DNA from: Candidatus Roizmanbacteria bacterium RIFCSPLOWO2_01_FULL_41_22
Lineage (GTDB): Bacteria; Patescibacteriota; Microgenomatia; UBA1406; GWC2-37-13
DNA: 64,000 nt
Direction of reading: 5' to 3'
NCBI GenBank assembly: GCA_001789805.1
Contig: MGAR01000018.1
Location: 35,981 to 99,980, forward strand
Shown: positions 37,002-46,400 of the stretch, piece after piece
Layout: every line of letters starts with the position of its first letter
Numbering within the stretch: position 1 is the stretch's first letter
The notes under the pieces: model-generated
Told to the model about the DNA's origin: nothing
The model's database searches: none
Seen by the model: only the letters and a program-made list of their open reading frames with translations
Translations under genes and position numbers: made by a program

Positions 37002-38042
37002 ATGATACAAGACAATACCCAGTTTGAATCGCAGCTCAACAATATTGCTGACATTGTCAACAAAAACAAGGCCGGAATCATTGTTTTACCATTAAATCCT
37101 TCAGTTGACGCGATTGCCTCCGCTACCGCCCTTTATTTGGGCTTAAACAAGGCTGGAAAGAACGTCTCTTTGGTCTGTTCGTCAAAACCGCAAAGCGATC
37201 TGACCGGAGCTGACAAAATTCAACAGGCGTTAAGCACGGGTGGAGATAATCTAGTTATCTCAATCCCCTACGCCGATGAAGGCTCAATCGATAAAGTAGA
37301 CTACAATATTCAAGGAAAAACCTTTAACCTGGTGGTGTCTCCCAAGCCAGGATATCCAAAGTTAGAACCTGACAAAATCCATTTTTCCTATATTGGCGGT
37401 AAAGTAGAGTTTATCTTTACTATTGATGTACCTTCTTTAAACAATATCGGACCCTTATATCAACAAAATCAGGGCGAGTTTCAAGGAAAAAACATTATTA
37501 ATATCGATCGTCATTTAATCAACAATTCATATGGTTTGGTCAACTATGTCAATAAATCAAGCTCTTCCACCAGCGAACTGGTCTTAAATGCGCTTGAGAC
37601 TTTACAGATTGAGATTGATAAAGAAATCGCCACCAATTTATACGCTGGTCTAGTGGTGGCAACCAACAATTTTAGTTCTTATTCGGTCAACGCCCAAACA
37701 TTTCAAACAGCATCAAAATTGCTGCAGCTGGGCGCTGTCAAAAAACCGGTTAACCGCTTCCAGCAAACCAATCGTTATCCTGGAGGTCCATTTCAGCCAC
37801 CGCGCGCGCCAACTTTTGCCCCGGTCAATCCTTTCCAGCCGGTAAACTACAACAATCCAGATAATAACAATTATGATGAGCAGCCGTTTCAGCCGCCTCC
37901 CTTTTCTCCCCAGCCGGCAAGCGAACAGCAGGTCAAGCCGATTGAAGATGTGGAAACCATCAATACCGGAAAAGAAGGACAAAAACACAATACCAGTGAC
38001 TTTCTTAAACCCAAAATCTTCTCACGTAACGGATTAGTCTAA
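37002..38042 (+). CDS. DHH-family (NrnA-like) protein with degenerate catalytic motifs and Pro/Gln-rich tail
   Basis: Fold-typical IVLPLNPSVDAIASATALYLGL, but SVD replaces DGD and DRH replaces DHH. C-terminal region of about 90 aa is P/Q/N-rich and low complexity. Confidence 0.5.
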   Translation: MIQDNTQFESQLNNIADIVNKNKAGIIVLPLNPSVDAIASATALYLGLNKAGKNVSLVCSSKPQSDLTGADKIQQALSTGGDNLVISIPYADEGSIDKVDYNIQGKTFNLVVSPKPGYPKLEPDKIHFSYIGGKVEFIFTIDVPSLNNIGPLYQQNQGEFQGKNIINIDRHLINNSYGLVNYVNKSSSSTSELVLNALETLQIEIDKEIATNLYAGLVVATNNFSSYSVNAQTFQTASKLLQLGAVKKPVNRFQQTNRYPGGPFQPPRAPTFAPVNPFQPVNYNNPDNNNYDEQPFQPPPFSPQPASEQQVKPIEDVETINTGKEGQKHNTSDFLKPKIFSRNGLV

Positions 38043-38110
38043 AAACTTCATCCCAAGTAATTTGTCTAGTATAGGATTTTTGATACAGGTTATAGCGATG
38101 ATGGTTTTTT

Positions 38111-38210
38111 GTATACGCACCGTATCCCGCCGAAGGCGGGAGTACGGAGCGTTATGCCGCTGAAAGATGGTGTATTTTTTTGCAATTTCATCTGAAAGCG
38201 GTATATAATG
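38111..38210 (+). repeat. Structured 5'-proximal element, copy B
   Basis: GTATACGCACCGTA-TCCCGCCGAAGGCGGGAG-TACGGAGCGTTATGCCGCTGAAAGATGG...ATTTCATCTGAAAGCGGTATATAATG. Confidence 0.75.
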
Positions 38211-39211
38211 TGAAAGTGTTTAACTTCAACCCCTTAATACCAATCATTGTAATTGCGACAATGTTGCTTGTGATTATCCGCTATTGGTTGAAAAAAATCG
38301 AAGAAAAAGCAGGGGTTTCCGGTGAATTGGTGGAATGGCTCAAAGATTTGGGTCAGCGTCTGGAACAGTCCACTCAGACGGTTGATCAAAAACTGAGCCA
38401 GAATATGCAGCAGTTTAACAGTCGGCTTGATAATGCGGCCACCGTGATCGGCCGGGTGCAAAAAAGCATTGGTGAGTTTTCCGAGATCGGCCGTTCAATG
38501 AAGCAGTTACAGGAGTTTTTACAGTCGCCCAAACTTCGCGGCAATATCGGTGAGCAGATTTTAAGAGAGCTTCTTATACAGTGTTTGCCGCCGGATCTTT
38601 ACTCCTTGCAGTATGCTTTCCAAAGCGGTGATAAGGTGGATGCGGTAGTCAAAACAAGCCAAGGCTTGATCCCGATTGATTCTAAATTCCCGATTGATAA
38701 TTTTCGTAAAATGTATGAAGGACAGACGGATAAAGACAAAGAACAGTATCGAAAAGACTTCAGGGGTGATGTGAAAAAACACATTACCGATATTGCCCAG
38801 AAGTATATAATGCCTTCCGAAGGAACCATGGATTATGCCCTGATGTATATCCCATCTGAGGCGGTTTACTATGAAATTATCAATAACGCCGATCTTTACG
38901 ATTTTGCCAGCCAAAAGCGCGTTATTCCGGTCTCACCGCTATCATTTTACGCTTACCTGAAAGCAATCCTGGTATCACTGGAGGGGCTCCGGATCCAGTC
39001 GCAAGCCAAGGAAGTACTGATGCTCCTTCAAGCTATAAAAAAAGACTACGAAAAGTCAGACGATTCTCTGAATACGCTAATTAAGCATCTGACAAACGCT
39101 TATAATCAGTCCAATTTTTTGTCCAAAAATTTTAATGCCTTGGGACAAAAAATTCACTCAACTCAGCTTCTTTCTGCCAAACCGGTCAAAGAAAAATTAA
39201 TCGAGCAATAA
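38210..39211 (+). CDS. rmuC: DNA recombination protein RmuC
   Basis: N-terminal TM, coiled coil and a C-terminal nuclease-like region (DAVVKT...IPIDSKFP). The start is uncertain (GTG 38210 or 38216). The track start at 38180 lies inside the repeat element. Confidence 0.75.
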   Translation: MKVFNFNPLIPIIVIATMLLVIIRYWLKKIEEKAGVSGELVEWLKDLGQRLEQSTQTVDQKLSQNMQQFNSRLDNAATVIGRVQKSIGEFSEIGRSMKQLQEFLQSPKLRGNIGEQILRELLIQCLPPDLYSLQYAFQSGDKVDAVVKTSQGLIPIDSKFPIDNFRKMYEGQTDKDKEQYRKDFRGDVKKHITDIAQKYIMPSEGTMDYALMYIPSEAVYYEIINNADLYDFASQKRVIPVSPLSFYAYLKAILVSLEGLRIQSQAKEVLMLLQAIKKDYEKSDDSLNTLIKHLTNAYNQSNFLSKNFNALGQKIHSTQLLSAKPVKEKLIEQ

Positions 39212-39227
39212 CCCGCGCGCCTGATCT

Positions 39228-40955
39228 ATGAAAGTCACCTATCATCATGAAATTAAATCCGGCCAAAAGCTTTCCATTGAAAGCCTAATCGATATTTTAA
39301 TGCGAAGTAGGCAAATTACCAATATCAATGCTTTTCTACATCCGCCCTCCCCTCTTTCTTTATCGCTGGTCGATTTTGGTTATGAAAAGGAATTTCGGAA
39401 AATTTTGCAGTTGCTAAAAAAGATAAGAGAAGAGAAAAAAACCATTGTGGTTTATACCGATTATGATGCCGATGGAATCACCGGCGGAAGCATTCTCTGG
39501 GAGACACTGCATTTGTTGGGTTTTTCCGTTATGCCCTATGTGCCCCACCGGAAACTTGAAGGCTATGGCTTTTCTATAAAGGGCATTGACGCGGTTATTG
39601 CCAAATATCACCCGGCACTTATCATTAGCGTTGATCATGGGATAACCGCCGCCAAACAGATTGCCTATGCTAAAACCCAAGGTATCAAAGTGATTGTTAC
39701 CGACCATCATTTGAAGCAAGAGGGGCAGGTCCCCAAAGAAACCGAGGCGATTTTTCATATCCCGCAGCTGTCCGGATCGGGTGTCGCCTATTTTTTTGCC
39801 AAAGAAATTTATGAAAATCTCAAATCTCAAATCTCAAATTTCAAATTGTTGGAATATAACTTCACGGTTGATTATCTGGCTCTGGCCTCAATTGGTACCA
39901 TCGCGGATTTAGTACCTCTGGTTGGTCCTTCTCGTAGTGTGGTGAAGGCAGGACTAGCTTCTTTTCCCAACGTTAAACGGTATGGATTAAAATATATCTT
40001 GAAAGAGGCAAAAATTATCCATAGACCAGTTACACCTTATGAGGTAGGCTTCATCATTGCCCCAAGAATTAATGCGGTGGGGAGATTGGAGCATGCCATT
40101 GATGCACTTCGTCTACTTTGTACCACCAACGAAGCTCGTGCTTTGAAATTGGCTCAGCAGGTGGGTTTGGCTAATACCAAAAGGCAGGATCTAGTGAAAA
40201 AGGCAGTAGAGGAAGCTCTAGCAATAGTTGAAAAACTTAAAAAAAAGGGCTCTTTACCCAAGATTCTCATTCTCCATTCTCCAGATTGGCACGAGGGAAT
40301 TATTGGTTTAATCGCTTCGAAGTTGGTTGAAGCTTATTACCGGCCGGCCATTGTGCTAACCGAAGGTAATGGCGAGCTTAAGGGTTCGGCCCGCTCGATA
40401 AAAGCCTTTCACATAACCGATTTTTTTGCTTCATTGAAAAAGTATCTGCTAAGCTTCGGCGGCCATCGGCAGGCCGGTGGTCTGACCGTCAAAAAAAGCC
40501 AGTTAGCCGATTTTATTGCTGAAGCGACTAATAAGGCCTCCAAGCTTATTAAAGACTCGGATCTGGAAAAAGTAATCGAGGTGGATATAAAAATACCGGT
40601 GCAGATTGTGGATATGCGGCTAGCCCGCGAGATTGAGAAACTAAATCCTTTTGGAATCGGCAATCCACAACCTTCATTTGTCAGCCAAGTGGAAGTCGTC
40701 GGCGCCCAGTTGTTTGGTAAAAAAAACGATCATTTGAAAATAATCGTCAAGTCAAGCGATACGACTACGCTTGAGATGATTGCTTTTAACCGGGCTGCGG
40801 ATTACGTTTCCCTTTCCCGCGGGAAAAAATTAGATATAGTTTATAACCTTAATATCAACCGTTGGAATGGGAGAGAAAGCTTAAGAGGCAGAGTGATTGA
40901 ACTTATCACATCTTCTCAACAGTCTGAATACCAAGAAGATACAGGCCGTTTTTAA
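39228..40955 (+). CDS. recJ: Single-stranded-DNA-specific exonuclease RecJ
   Basis: DHH motifs: DYDADGITG, VDHGI, VTDHH. DHHA1 motif GGHRQAGG. Confidence 0.9.
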   Translation: MKVTYHHEIKSGQKLSIESLIDILMRSRQITNINAFLHPPSPLSLSLVDFGYEKEFRKILQLLKKIREEKKTIVVYTDYDADGITGGSILWETLHLLGFSVMPYVPHRKLEGYGFSIKGIDAVIAKYHPALIISVDHGITAAKQIAYAKTQGIKVIVTDHHLKQEGQVPKETEAIFHIPQLSGSGVAYFFAKEIYENLKSQISNFKLLEYNFTVDYLALASIGTIADLVPLVGPSRSVVKAGLASFPNVKRYGLKYILKEAKIIHRPVTPYEVGFIIAPRINAVGRLEHAIDALRLLCTTNEARALKLAQQVGLANTKRQDLVKKAVEEALAIVEKLKKKGSLPKILILHSPDWHEGIIGLIASKLVEAYYRPAIVLTEGNGELKGSARSIKAFHITDFFASLKKYLLSFGGHRQAGGLTVKKSQLADFIAEATNKASKLIKDSDLEKVIEVDIKIPVQIVDMRLAREIEKLNPFGIGNPQPSFVSQVEVVGAQLFGKKNDHLKIIVKSSDTTTLEMIAFNRAADYVSLSRGKKLDIVYNLNINRWNGRESLRGRVIELITSSQQSEYQEDTGRF

Positions 40956-42633
40956 TAACTTGAGCCACTGCGGTAGTCAGGGCTAGCCGGAAGTTTTTGG
41001 TATCTTGGTCGGCTTTTAAGATCGGATGTTTTTGGTAAAACAGATTGTACTGCTGAGCCAGAGTGAAAAGGTAATTGCATAGTAGGTTAGGAGCCATGTT
41101 TACTGCTGCCGATTCGACTATGGAAGGGTATTTTTCTAACATGCGCATTAACTCTAGTTCTTCCGCCTGGTAGTCTATTCTTGGTAACTTATTTTTTGGT
41201 GAAAAGTTACTTTTACTGATTACTGATCGACAGCGGACATAAGTATATTGCATATAAGGACCTGCATTTCCTTGCATATTGAGGATCTCATCCCAGTCAA
41301 ATAGAATGTCCATGTTTGCGCTTCTTTTTAAATCATTCCATTTTAAAGCACCAATGCCAATAATATTAGCATTGTCATGATATGACTGGCTTACTGTTGC
41401 ATCAGTTTGATGTTGTTTAGAAAGACTTTCGGCTCTTTTTTTCGCTTCTTCCAATACTTCTTCTAACCAAATAACATTTCCCTTTCTGGTGGACATTTTC
41501 TTATCTTTAAAGCGATACATACCATGTTTCACATGCACACGTTGATTGTCTTTTACCCAACCTAACATTTTTTCTGCTTCAAATAATTGCTGAAAATACA
41601 AACTTTGTTCTGCTCCAACTTCGTTAATAATCAGCACGTCAGCAGAGTAGTGAGAGTTGGTGAGACGGAATTTATCTGTTGCCAAATCTCTGGTGGAATA
41701 GAGAGTAGCCCCGTCATCTTTTAAAATCATTAGAGGCGGGTATTTGTCCTTGGGGAAGGCGATAATTTGCGCTCCTTTACTTTTTGTTAATAATTTTTTA
41801 TTCTGTAGTTCTTTGATAATAAAGTCCATCTTATCTTCAAAAAAAGATTCTCCATATCCTTTGCCGTCATTTTCTGTAAATGTTACTTGCAGTTTGTCGT
41901 AGATTTCATTAAATTCTTTCCAAGACCAATCAATACATTTTTGCCAAAGTATTCTTGCTTCCTCATTTCCATCCTCAAGTTTTTTAAACCAGATTTTTCC
42001 TTGTTCTTCAATTTCAGGATTTTTTTCGGCTTCCTTGTGAAATTTCACATATAACCTTACCAGTTCTTTGACTGGTTGTTGCATTTTTTCAATCTTTCCT
42101 ATATTCCCCCAAGTTTTGATAGCATAAATCTGCTTACCAAACTGTGTCCCCCAGTCGCCTAAGTGATTATCGCGGAAAACAGTCCAGCCTGCGGCCTCAA
42201 GTAGATTGGCAATTGCATCACCGATGATGGTTGAGCGCAAATGTCCAATAGTAAACGGTTTAGCAATATTTGGTGAAGAATATTCGACAATGATTTTTTT
42301 CCCTCGGGTGGTCTCACTTTTGCCATAATTATTTATATTGGAGAGGATTTGAATTAAATTTTTACTAAGTGTTTCTTTCGTTAGCCAGAAGTTAATAAAT
42401 CCTGGTTTAACTACTTCGACTTTTTCAATAATCTCGTCTTTGGGAATTTGTTTGGCGATTTCTTCGGCCATCTGCAGCGGGTTTTTCTTCAGCTCTTTGG
42501 CCAACCGCATGGCGATGTTGGTGGTATAGTCGCCGAATTGAGGATTATCAGGTGACTGGATATGGACAGTTGAACGTGTAGATATTTTGTTAACAGCAGC
42601 GGTAATTATTGCTTGAATTTGATCTTTGATCAT
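40906..42633 (-). CDS. argS: Arginyl-tRNA synthetase
   Basis: SSPNIAKPFTIGHLRS (HIGH region), MSTRKG (KMSK region) and a DALR C-domain ending in ...VEKM. Confidence 0.92.
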   Translation of the reverse strand: MIKDQIQAIITAAVNKISTRSTVHIQSPDNPQFGDYTTNIAMRLAKELKKNPLQMAEEIAKQIPKDEIIEKVEVVKPGFINFWLTKETLSKNLIQILSNINNYGKSETTRGKKIIVEYSSPNIAKPFTIGHLRSTIIGDAIANLLEAAGWTVFRDNHLGDWGTQFGKQIYAIKTWGNIGKIEKMQQPVKELVRLYVKFHKEAEKNPEIEEQGKIWFKKLEDGNEEARILWQKCIDWSWKEFNEIYDKLQVTFTENDGKGYGESFFEDKMDFIIKELQNKKLLTKSKGAQIIAFPKDKYPPLMILKDDGATLYSTRDLATDKFRLTNSHYSADVLIINEVGAEQSLYFQQLFEAEKMLGWVKDNQRVHVKHGMYRFKDKKMSTRKGNVIWLEEVLEEAKKRAESLSKQHQTDATVSQSYHDNANIIGIGALKWNDLKRSANMDILFDWDEILNMQGNAGPYMQYTYVRCRSVISKSNFSPKNKLPRIDYQAEELELMRMLEKYPSIVESAAVNMAPNLLCNYLFTLAQQYNLFYQKHPILKADQDTKNFRLALTTAVAQVIKNGLYLLGIQTVEKM

Positions 42634-42657
42634 GTTTTTATCATAGCATAACTTTCT

Positions 42658-45315
42658 TTAGATAGGATATAAGTGCATGTTCTGACGTGAAATTCGACCT
42701 GTGGATTTATCTAGGGCTTCTTGAAAATTTTTACCAATACTCATAGTTTCCCCGGTGCTTTTCATGAGTGGTCCCAGTTTAGTTGAAACACCTGGCAGTT
42801 TGTCAAAGGAGAATATCGGTGTTTTTACTGCTACATGGTTTGGTACGACCTTGCTGACATTATGATCCAATTTTTCTCCTAAAATGATTTTGGTCGCAAA
42901 CTCTGGTAAAGAGATTCCCAAGCATTTGCTTAAAAAAGGGATCGTCCGCGATGCCCGCGGATTAATCTCTAGGACATAAATTAGATTATTTTTTATGGCA
43001 TATTGAATATTGCCAAGACCAATAATTTGAAAAGCTTCGCTGATTTTGTTGGTCATAAAGATAAGTTTTTCTTGAATTGATCTACTTAGATTTTGAGGAG
43101 GATAGACACATCGACTGTCACCAGAGTGGATGCCTGCGGGTTCCAGTTGTTCTAGAATATAACTAATCGTATTTTCACCGTCACTAATAAAATCAACGTC
43201 AACCTCGATGGCATTTGCTAAAAACTCGTCAATCAAAATAGGATTATTAAAATAAAAGGCTGATAACTTTTCTAAATAACCATAAAGCTGTTTTTTATTT
43301 TGGATTATTTTCATCCCTTCGCCGCCAAGGACAAATGATGGTCTGACCAGTAAGGGATATGCTAAAGTTTTTAACTTATTTTGAATATCTTGTTTGGAAT
43401 AAATGATTTTCCATTTTGGCATTTTTATACCCAATTTTTTCATCATTTTTCCTGTCAGTTCACGATTTTCCGCCAGTTCAATGGAAGCGGAGGAAGTCCC
43501 TAATATTTTTACCTTACTTTCTTCCAGTTGCTTGGCCAGATTGATCGCTGTTTGACCTCCAAATTGGGCGATAATTCCAAGAAGATTGTTTTGTTCATTT
43601 TCAATCACTTTTTTGACAAAATTGAAAGTTAAAGGTTCAAGATAAAGTCGATCAGAAATGGAGTAATCAGTGCTGACCGTTTCCGGATTATTATTGATGA
43701 TGATTGTTTGTATACCTTTCTCTTTAAGTGCTTTCACTGCATGGACTGTCATATAATCAAATTCTATTCCTTGTCCGATACTGATTGGTCCAGCTCCGAT
43801 TATTATTACTTTTGGACATGCTAGTGGAATAGCCTCATTCTCCTCTCCTTGTGTCGAATAATAATAAGGCGTTTTAGCCTCAAATTCTCCGGCACAGGTA
43901 TCAACCATTTTATAGTTATTCAAGCTTTTCTCAATTTGGTCATAGTTGTGAGTTAAATTATTTAGCTTGGAAATAAACCAGGGATTTATATGTGTCAAAT
44001 TACTGATTTCTTTAATGGATAATTCCTGCTGAATAGCTTGGAAAATGTGTTTCAATCGCGAAGTTGTGGACTTTTTTAGTACCGGTCTTATATCTCTAAT
44101 TTTTTCTTTGTTTTCGAAAATATTTTCTTTTAAATCTAAACTTTTGACGGCTTTGTACATTGCTTCACCAAAATTTCTTCCGATACTCATCACTTCTCCG
44201 GTACTTTTCATGGTGATTCCTATGCCCAAATCCATTTCGGGAAATTTATCGCTTGGCCAACAGGGGATTTTGACGACAATATAATCCAAAGCCGGTTCAA
44301 AAAAAGCAGTTTTCCCGGTAATGTTATTAGTGAGTTCTGGTAGAGTTTTACCTAGCGCGATTTTTGTGGCAACTCTAGCTATGGGATAACCAGTGGCCTT
44401 GGAGGCGAGTGCGGAACTGCGAGAGAGTCGGGGATTAACTTCTATCACAAAATATTGGCCCGTGTGATAATTTAGAGCAAACTGAACATTACAACTACCG
44501 ACGATATTGAGCGCCTCGACTATTTTTAATGCCGAATTTCTAAATACTTGATGGTCATCATCAGATAATGTTTGGGCCGGGGCGACCACTATTGATTCGC
44601 CAGTGTGTACACCCATTGGATCAACATTTTCCATATTACAAACAATAATCTTATTGCCGGCGGCGTCTCTGATCACTTCATATTCAAATTCTCCCCAGCC
44701 CAAGACGCTTTTTTCTAACAATACTTGTTTTGTCGGACTTAACAACAAACTAGTTGATAATTTTTTTTTAAGTTCAGTAAGGTTGGTGGCATATCCGCTT
44801 CCCAACCCGCCTAAAGTGTAAGCACAACGATAAATAATCGGAAAACCAATTTTTTGAACAAAAGCAAGACCTTCTTCTATCGAGGGAATTGCTTGACTTG
44901 GCAGGACAGGTTCCTTTATCTGCTCCATTAACTGCTTGAATCTTCCCCGATCCTCTCCAAAAGATATGGCTTTTATATCTGTTCCTAAGACTTTCACCTG
45001 ATATTTTTTGAGTACTCCTTGCTTATCAAGCTGAGTGGCTAAATTCAGAGCAGTTTGTCCACCAACAGTCGCTATTAGACCCGCAGGCTTTTCTATCGCA
45101 ATAATTTGCTCTAGAACAGGTATCGTCAACGGTTCAATATAAACGATATCGGCTACTTGACGATCGGTTTGAATGGTAGCCGGATTGGAATTAACGATGA
45201 TAGACTGATAACCTTCTTCGCGGAGGGCAAGTAACGCCTGTGTTCCTGAATAATCAAATTCTGCGGCTTGTCCGATAACAATCGGTCCCGAACCGATAAT
45301 TAACACTTTTTTCAC
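42658..45315 (-). CDS. carB: Carbamoyl-phosphate synthase large subunit, short form without C-terminal allosteric domain
   Basis: Two ATP-grasp halves, each starting G(S/A)GP(I)xIGQ(A/G)xEFDY. Ends about 30 aa after KSTGETMSIG. 885 aa. Confidence 0.88.
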   Translation of the reverse strand: MKKVLIIGSGPIVIGQAAEFDYSGTQALLALREEGYQSIIVNSNPATIQTDRQVADIVYIEPLTIPVLEQIIAIEKPAGLIATVGGQTALNLATQLDKQGVLKKYQVKVLGTDIKAISFGEDRGRFKQLMEQIKEPVLPSQAIPSIEEGLAFVQKIGFPIIYRCAYTLGGLGSGYATNLTELKKKLSTSLLLSPTKQVLLEKSVLGWGEFEYEVIRDAAGNKIIVCNMENVDPMGVHTGESIVVAPAQTLSDDDHQVFRNSALKIVEALNIVGSCNVQFALNYHTGQYFVIEVNPRLSRSSALASKATGYPIARVATKIALGKTLPELTNNITGKTAFFEPALDYIVVKIPCWPSDKFPEMDLGIGITMKSTGEVMSIGRNFGEAMYKAVKSLDLKENIFENKEKIRDIRPVLKKSTTSRLKHIFQAIQQELSIKEISNLTHINPWFISKLNNLTHNYDQIEKSLNNYKMVDTCAGEFEAKTPYYYSTQGEENEAIPLACPKVIIIGAGPISIGQGIEFDYMTVHAVKALKEKGIQTIIINNNPETVSTDYSISDRLYLEPLTFNFVKKVIENEQNNLLGIIAQFGGQTAINLAKQLEESKVKILGTSSASIELAENRELTGKMMKKLGIKMPKWKIIYSKQDIQNKLKTLAYPLLVRPSFVLGGEGMKIIQNKKQLYGYLEKLSAFYFNNPILIDEFLANAIEVDVDFISDGENTISYILEQLEPAGIHSGDSRCVYPPQNLSRSIQEKLIFMTNKISEAFQIIGLGNIQYAIKNNLIYVLEINPRASRTIPFLSKCLGISLPEFATKIILGEKLDHNVSKVVPNHVAVKTPIFSFDKLPGVSTKLGPLMKSTGETMSIGKNFQEALDKSTGRISRQNMHLYPI

Positions 45316-46337
45316 AGTAATGCTTTAAATTGTTTAAATAAGAACGTGGTGTCATGGGGACCGGGATTGGCTTCTGGATGAAACTGGACGGAAAAAAAAG
45401 GTTTATTTCTATGAATAAATCCTTCAACTGTACCATCATTGATATTAATAAAAAGTGTCTCCCAATTTTTTGATAGCGACTCGGCTTTTACAGCATAGCC
45501 ATGATTTTGTGAAGTAAAAAATGCTTTTTGACTCTTGATATCCAGTACCGGGTGATTTAAACCTCGATGGCCAAATTTAAGCTTGTATGTCTCACCTCCG
45601 TCAGCCAATGCCATGAGCTGATGACCCAAACAGATCCCGAAAATTGGGATAGTAGTTTTTAAGAGTGCTCTAATTGTCGAAATGGCATAAGGGAGAGCAA
45701 CAGGATCACCTGGACCGTTTGATAAGATAATCCCTTGAGGGTTGTCACTAAGGATTTCTTTAGCTTTGACTGTCGATGGGTAAATCACCACTTTTAAATT
45801 TTCCTTGATTAATTCCTGGACAATACTCTCTTTTGCTCCATAGTCAATTAATGCGACGGTATTTCCCCCTTTTTCGTTGATGATTATTTTTTTTTGGGTA
45901 CTGATTGCTTTGACGAAATCTCTCCCCTCTTGTTCATAGACGGAAAGGACAGCCGGAATACATCCATGATTGCGTAAAAAATTTACGATGGATCGGGTAT
46001 CGATTCCAGCTATGCCGCCAATATGATGAGCCGCTAACAGATTTTCCAGCGAATCATGAGCATCTCTATGATAATGGTCGTTATTGAGTTCAGAAACGAC
46101 GATGGCTACAGGATAAATTTTTGGCGACTCTCCCCATTTACGGCTGATGCCATAATTTCCGATCAGTGGATAAGTAAAGGTCAAGATCTGTCCAGCGTAT
46201 GAGGGGTCGGTAATGGCCTCCATATATCCGGTCATAGCGGTATTAAAAACCAGTTCTCCAAAAAAACAGCCTGTGGCACCGAAACCTTTACCACGATAAA
46301 TCTGATTATTATTGAGAATTAAGATCGCTTTTTTCAT
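45312..46337 (-). CDS. carA: Carbamoyl-phosphate synthase small (glutaminase) subunit
   Basis: From MKKAILIL; GICLGHQ catalytic Cys and the HPE triad end. Has a 4-nt overlap with carB. Confidence 0.88.
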   Translation of the reverse strand: MKKAILILNNNQIYRGKGFGATGCFFGELVFNTAMTGYMEAITDPSYAGQILTFTYPLIGNYGISRKWGESPKIYPVAIVVSELNNDHYHRDAHDSLENLLAAHHIGGIAGIDTRSIVNFLRNHGCIPAVLSVYEQEGRDFVKAISTQKKIIINEKGGNTVALIDYGAKESIVQELIKENLKVVIYPSTVKAKEILSDNPQGIILSNGPGDPVALPYAISTIRALLKTTIPIFGICLGHQLMALADGGETYKLKFGHRGLNHPVLDIKSQKAFFTSQNHGYAVKAESLSKNWETLFININDGTVEGFIHRNKPFFSVQFHPEANPGPHDTTFLFKQFKALL

Positions 46338-46400
46338 GCAATCAATAAAAATTGATAATTTAAAACAAATCTTTGGTGAAATGAATAACAATAAGTACAA

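Noticed and set aside
38180-38209. Conserved N-terminal peptide MQFHLKAV shared by the ORFs at 38180 and 50585.
   Set aside because: It is the translation of the repeated nucleotide element. It begins at TTG and is also present upstream of 16993, where it is out of frame. The real starts are downstream.
42658-45315. Short carB considered as a truncated pseudogene.
   Set aside because: The ORF is uninterrupted, both ATP-grasp halves are complete, it overlaps carA by 4 nt and it ends at a clean stop 24 nt before argS. It reads as a genuine short form.
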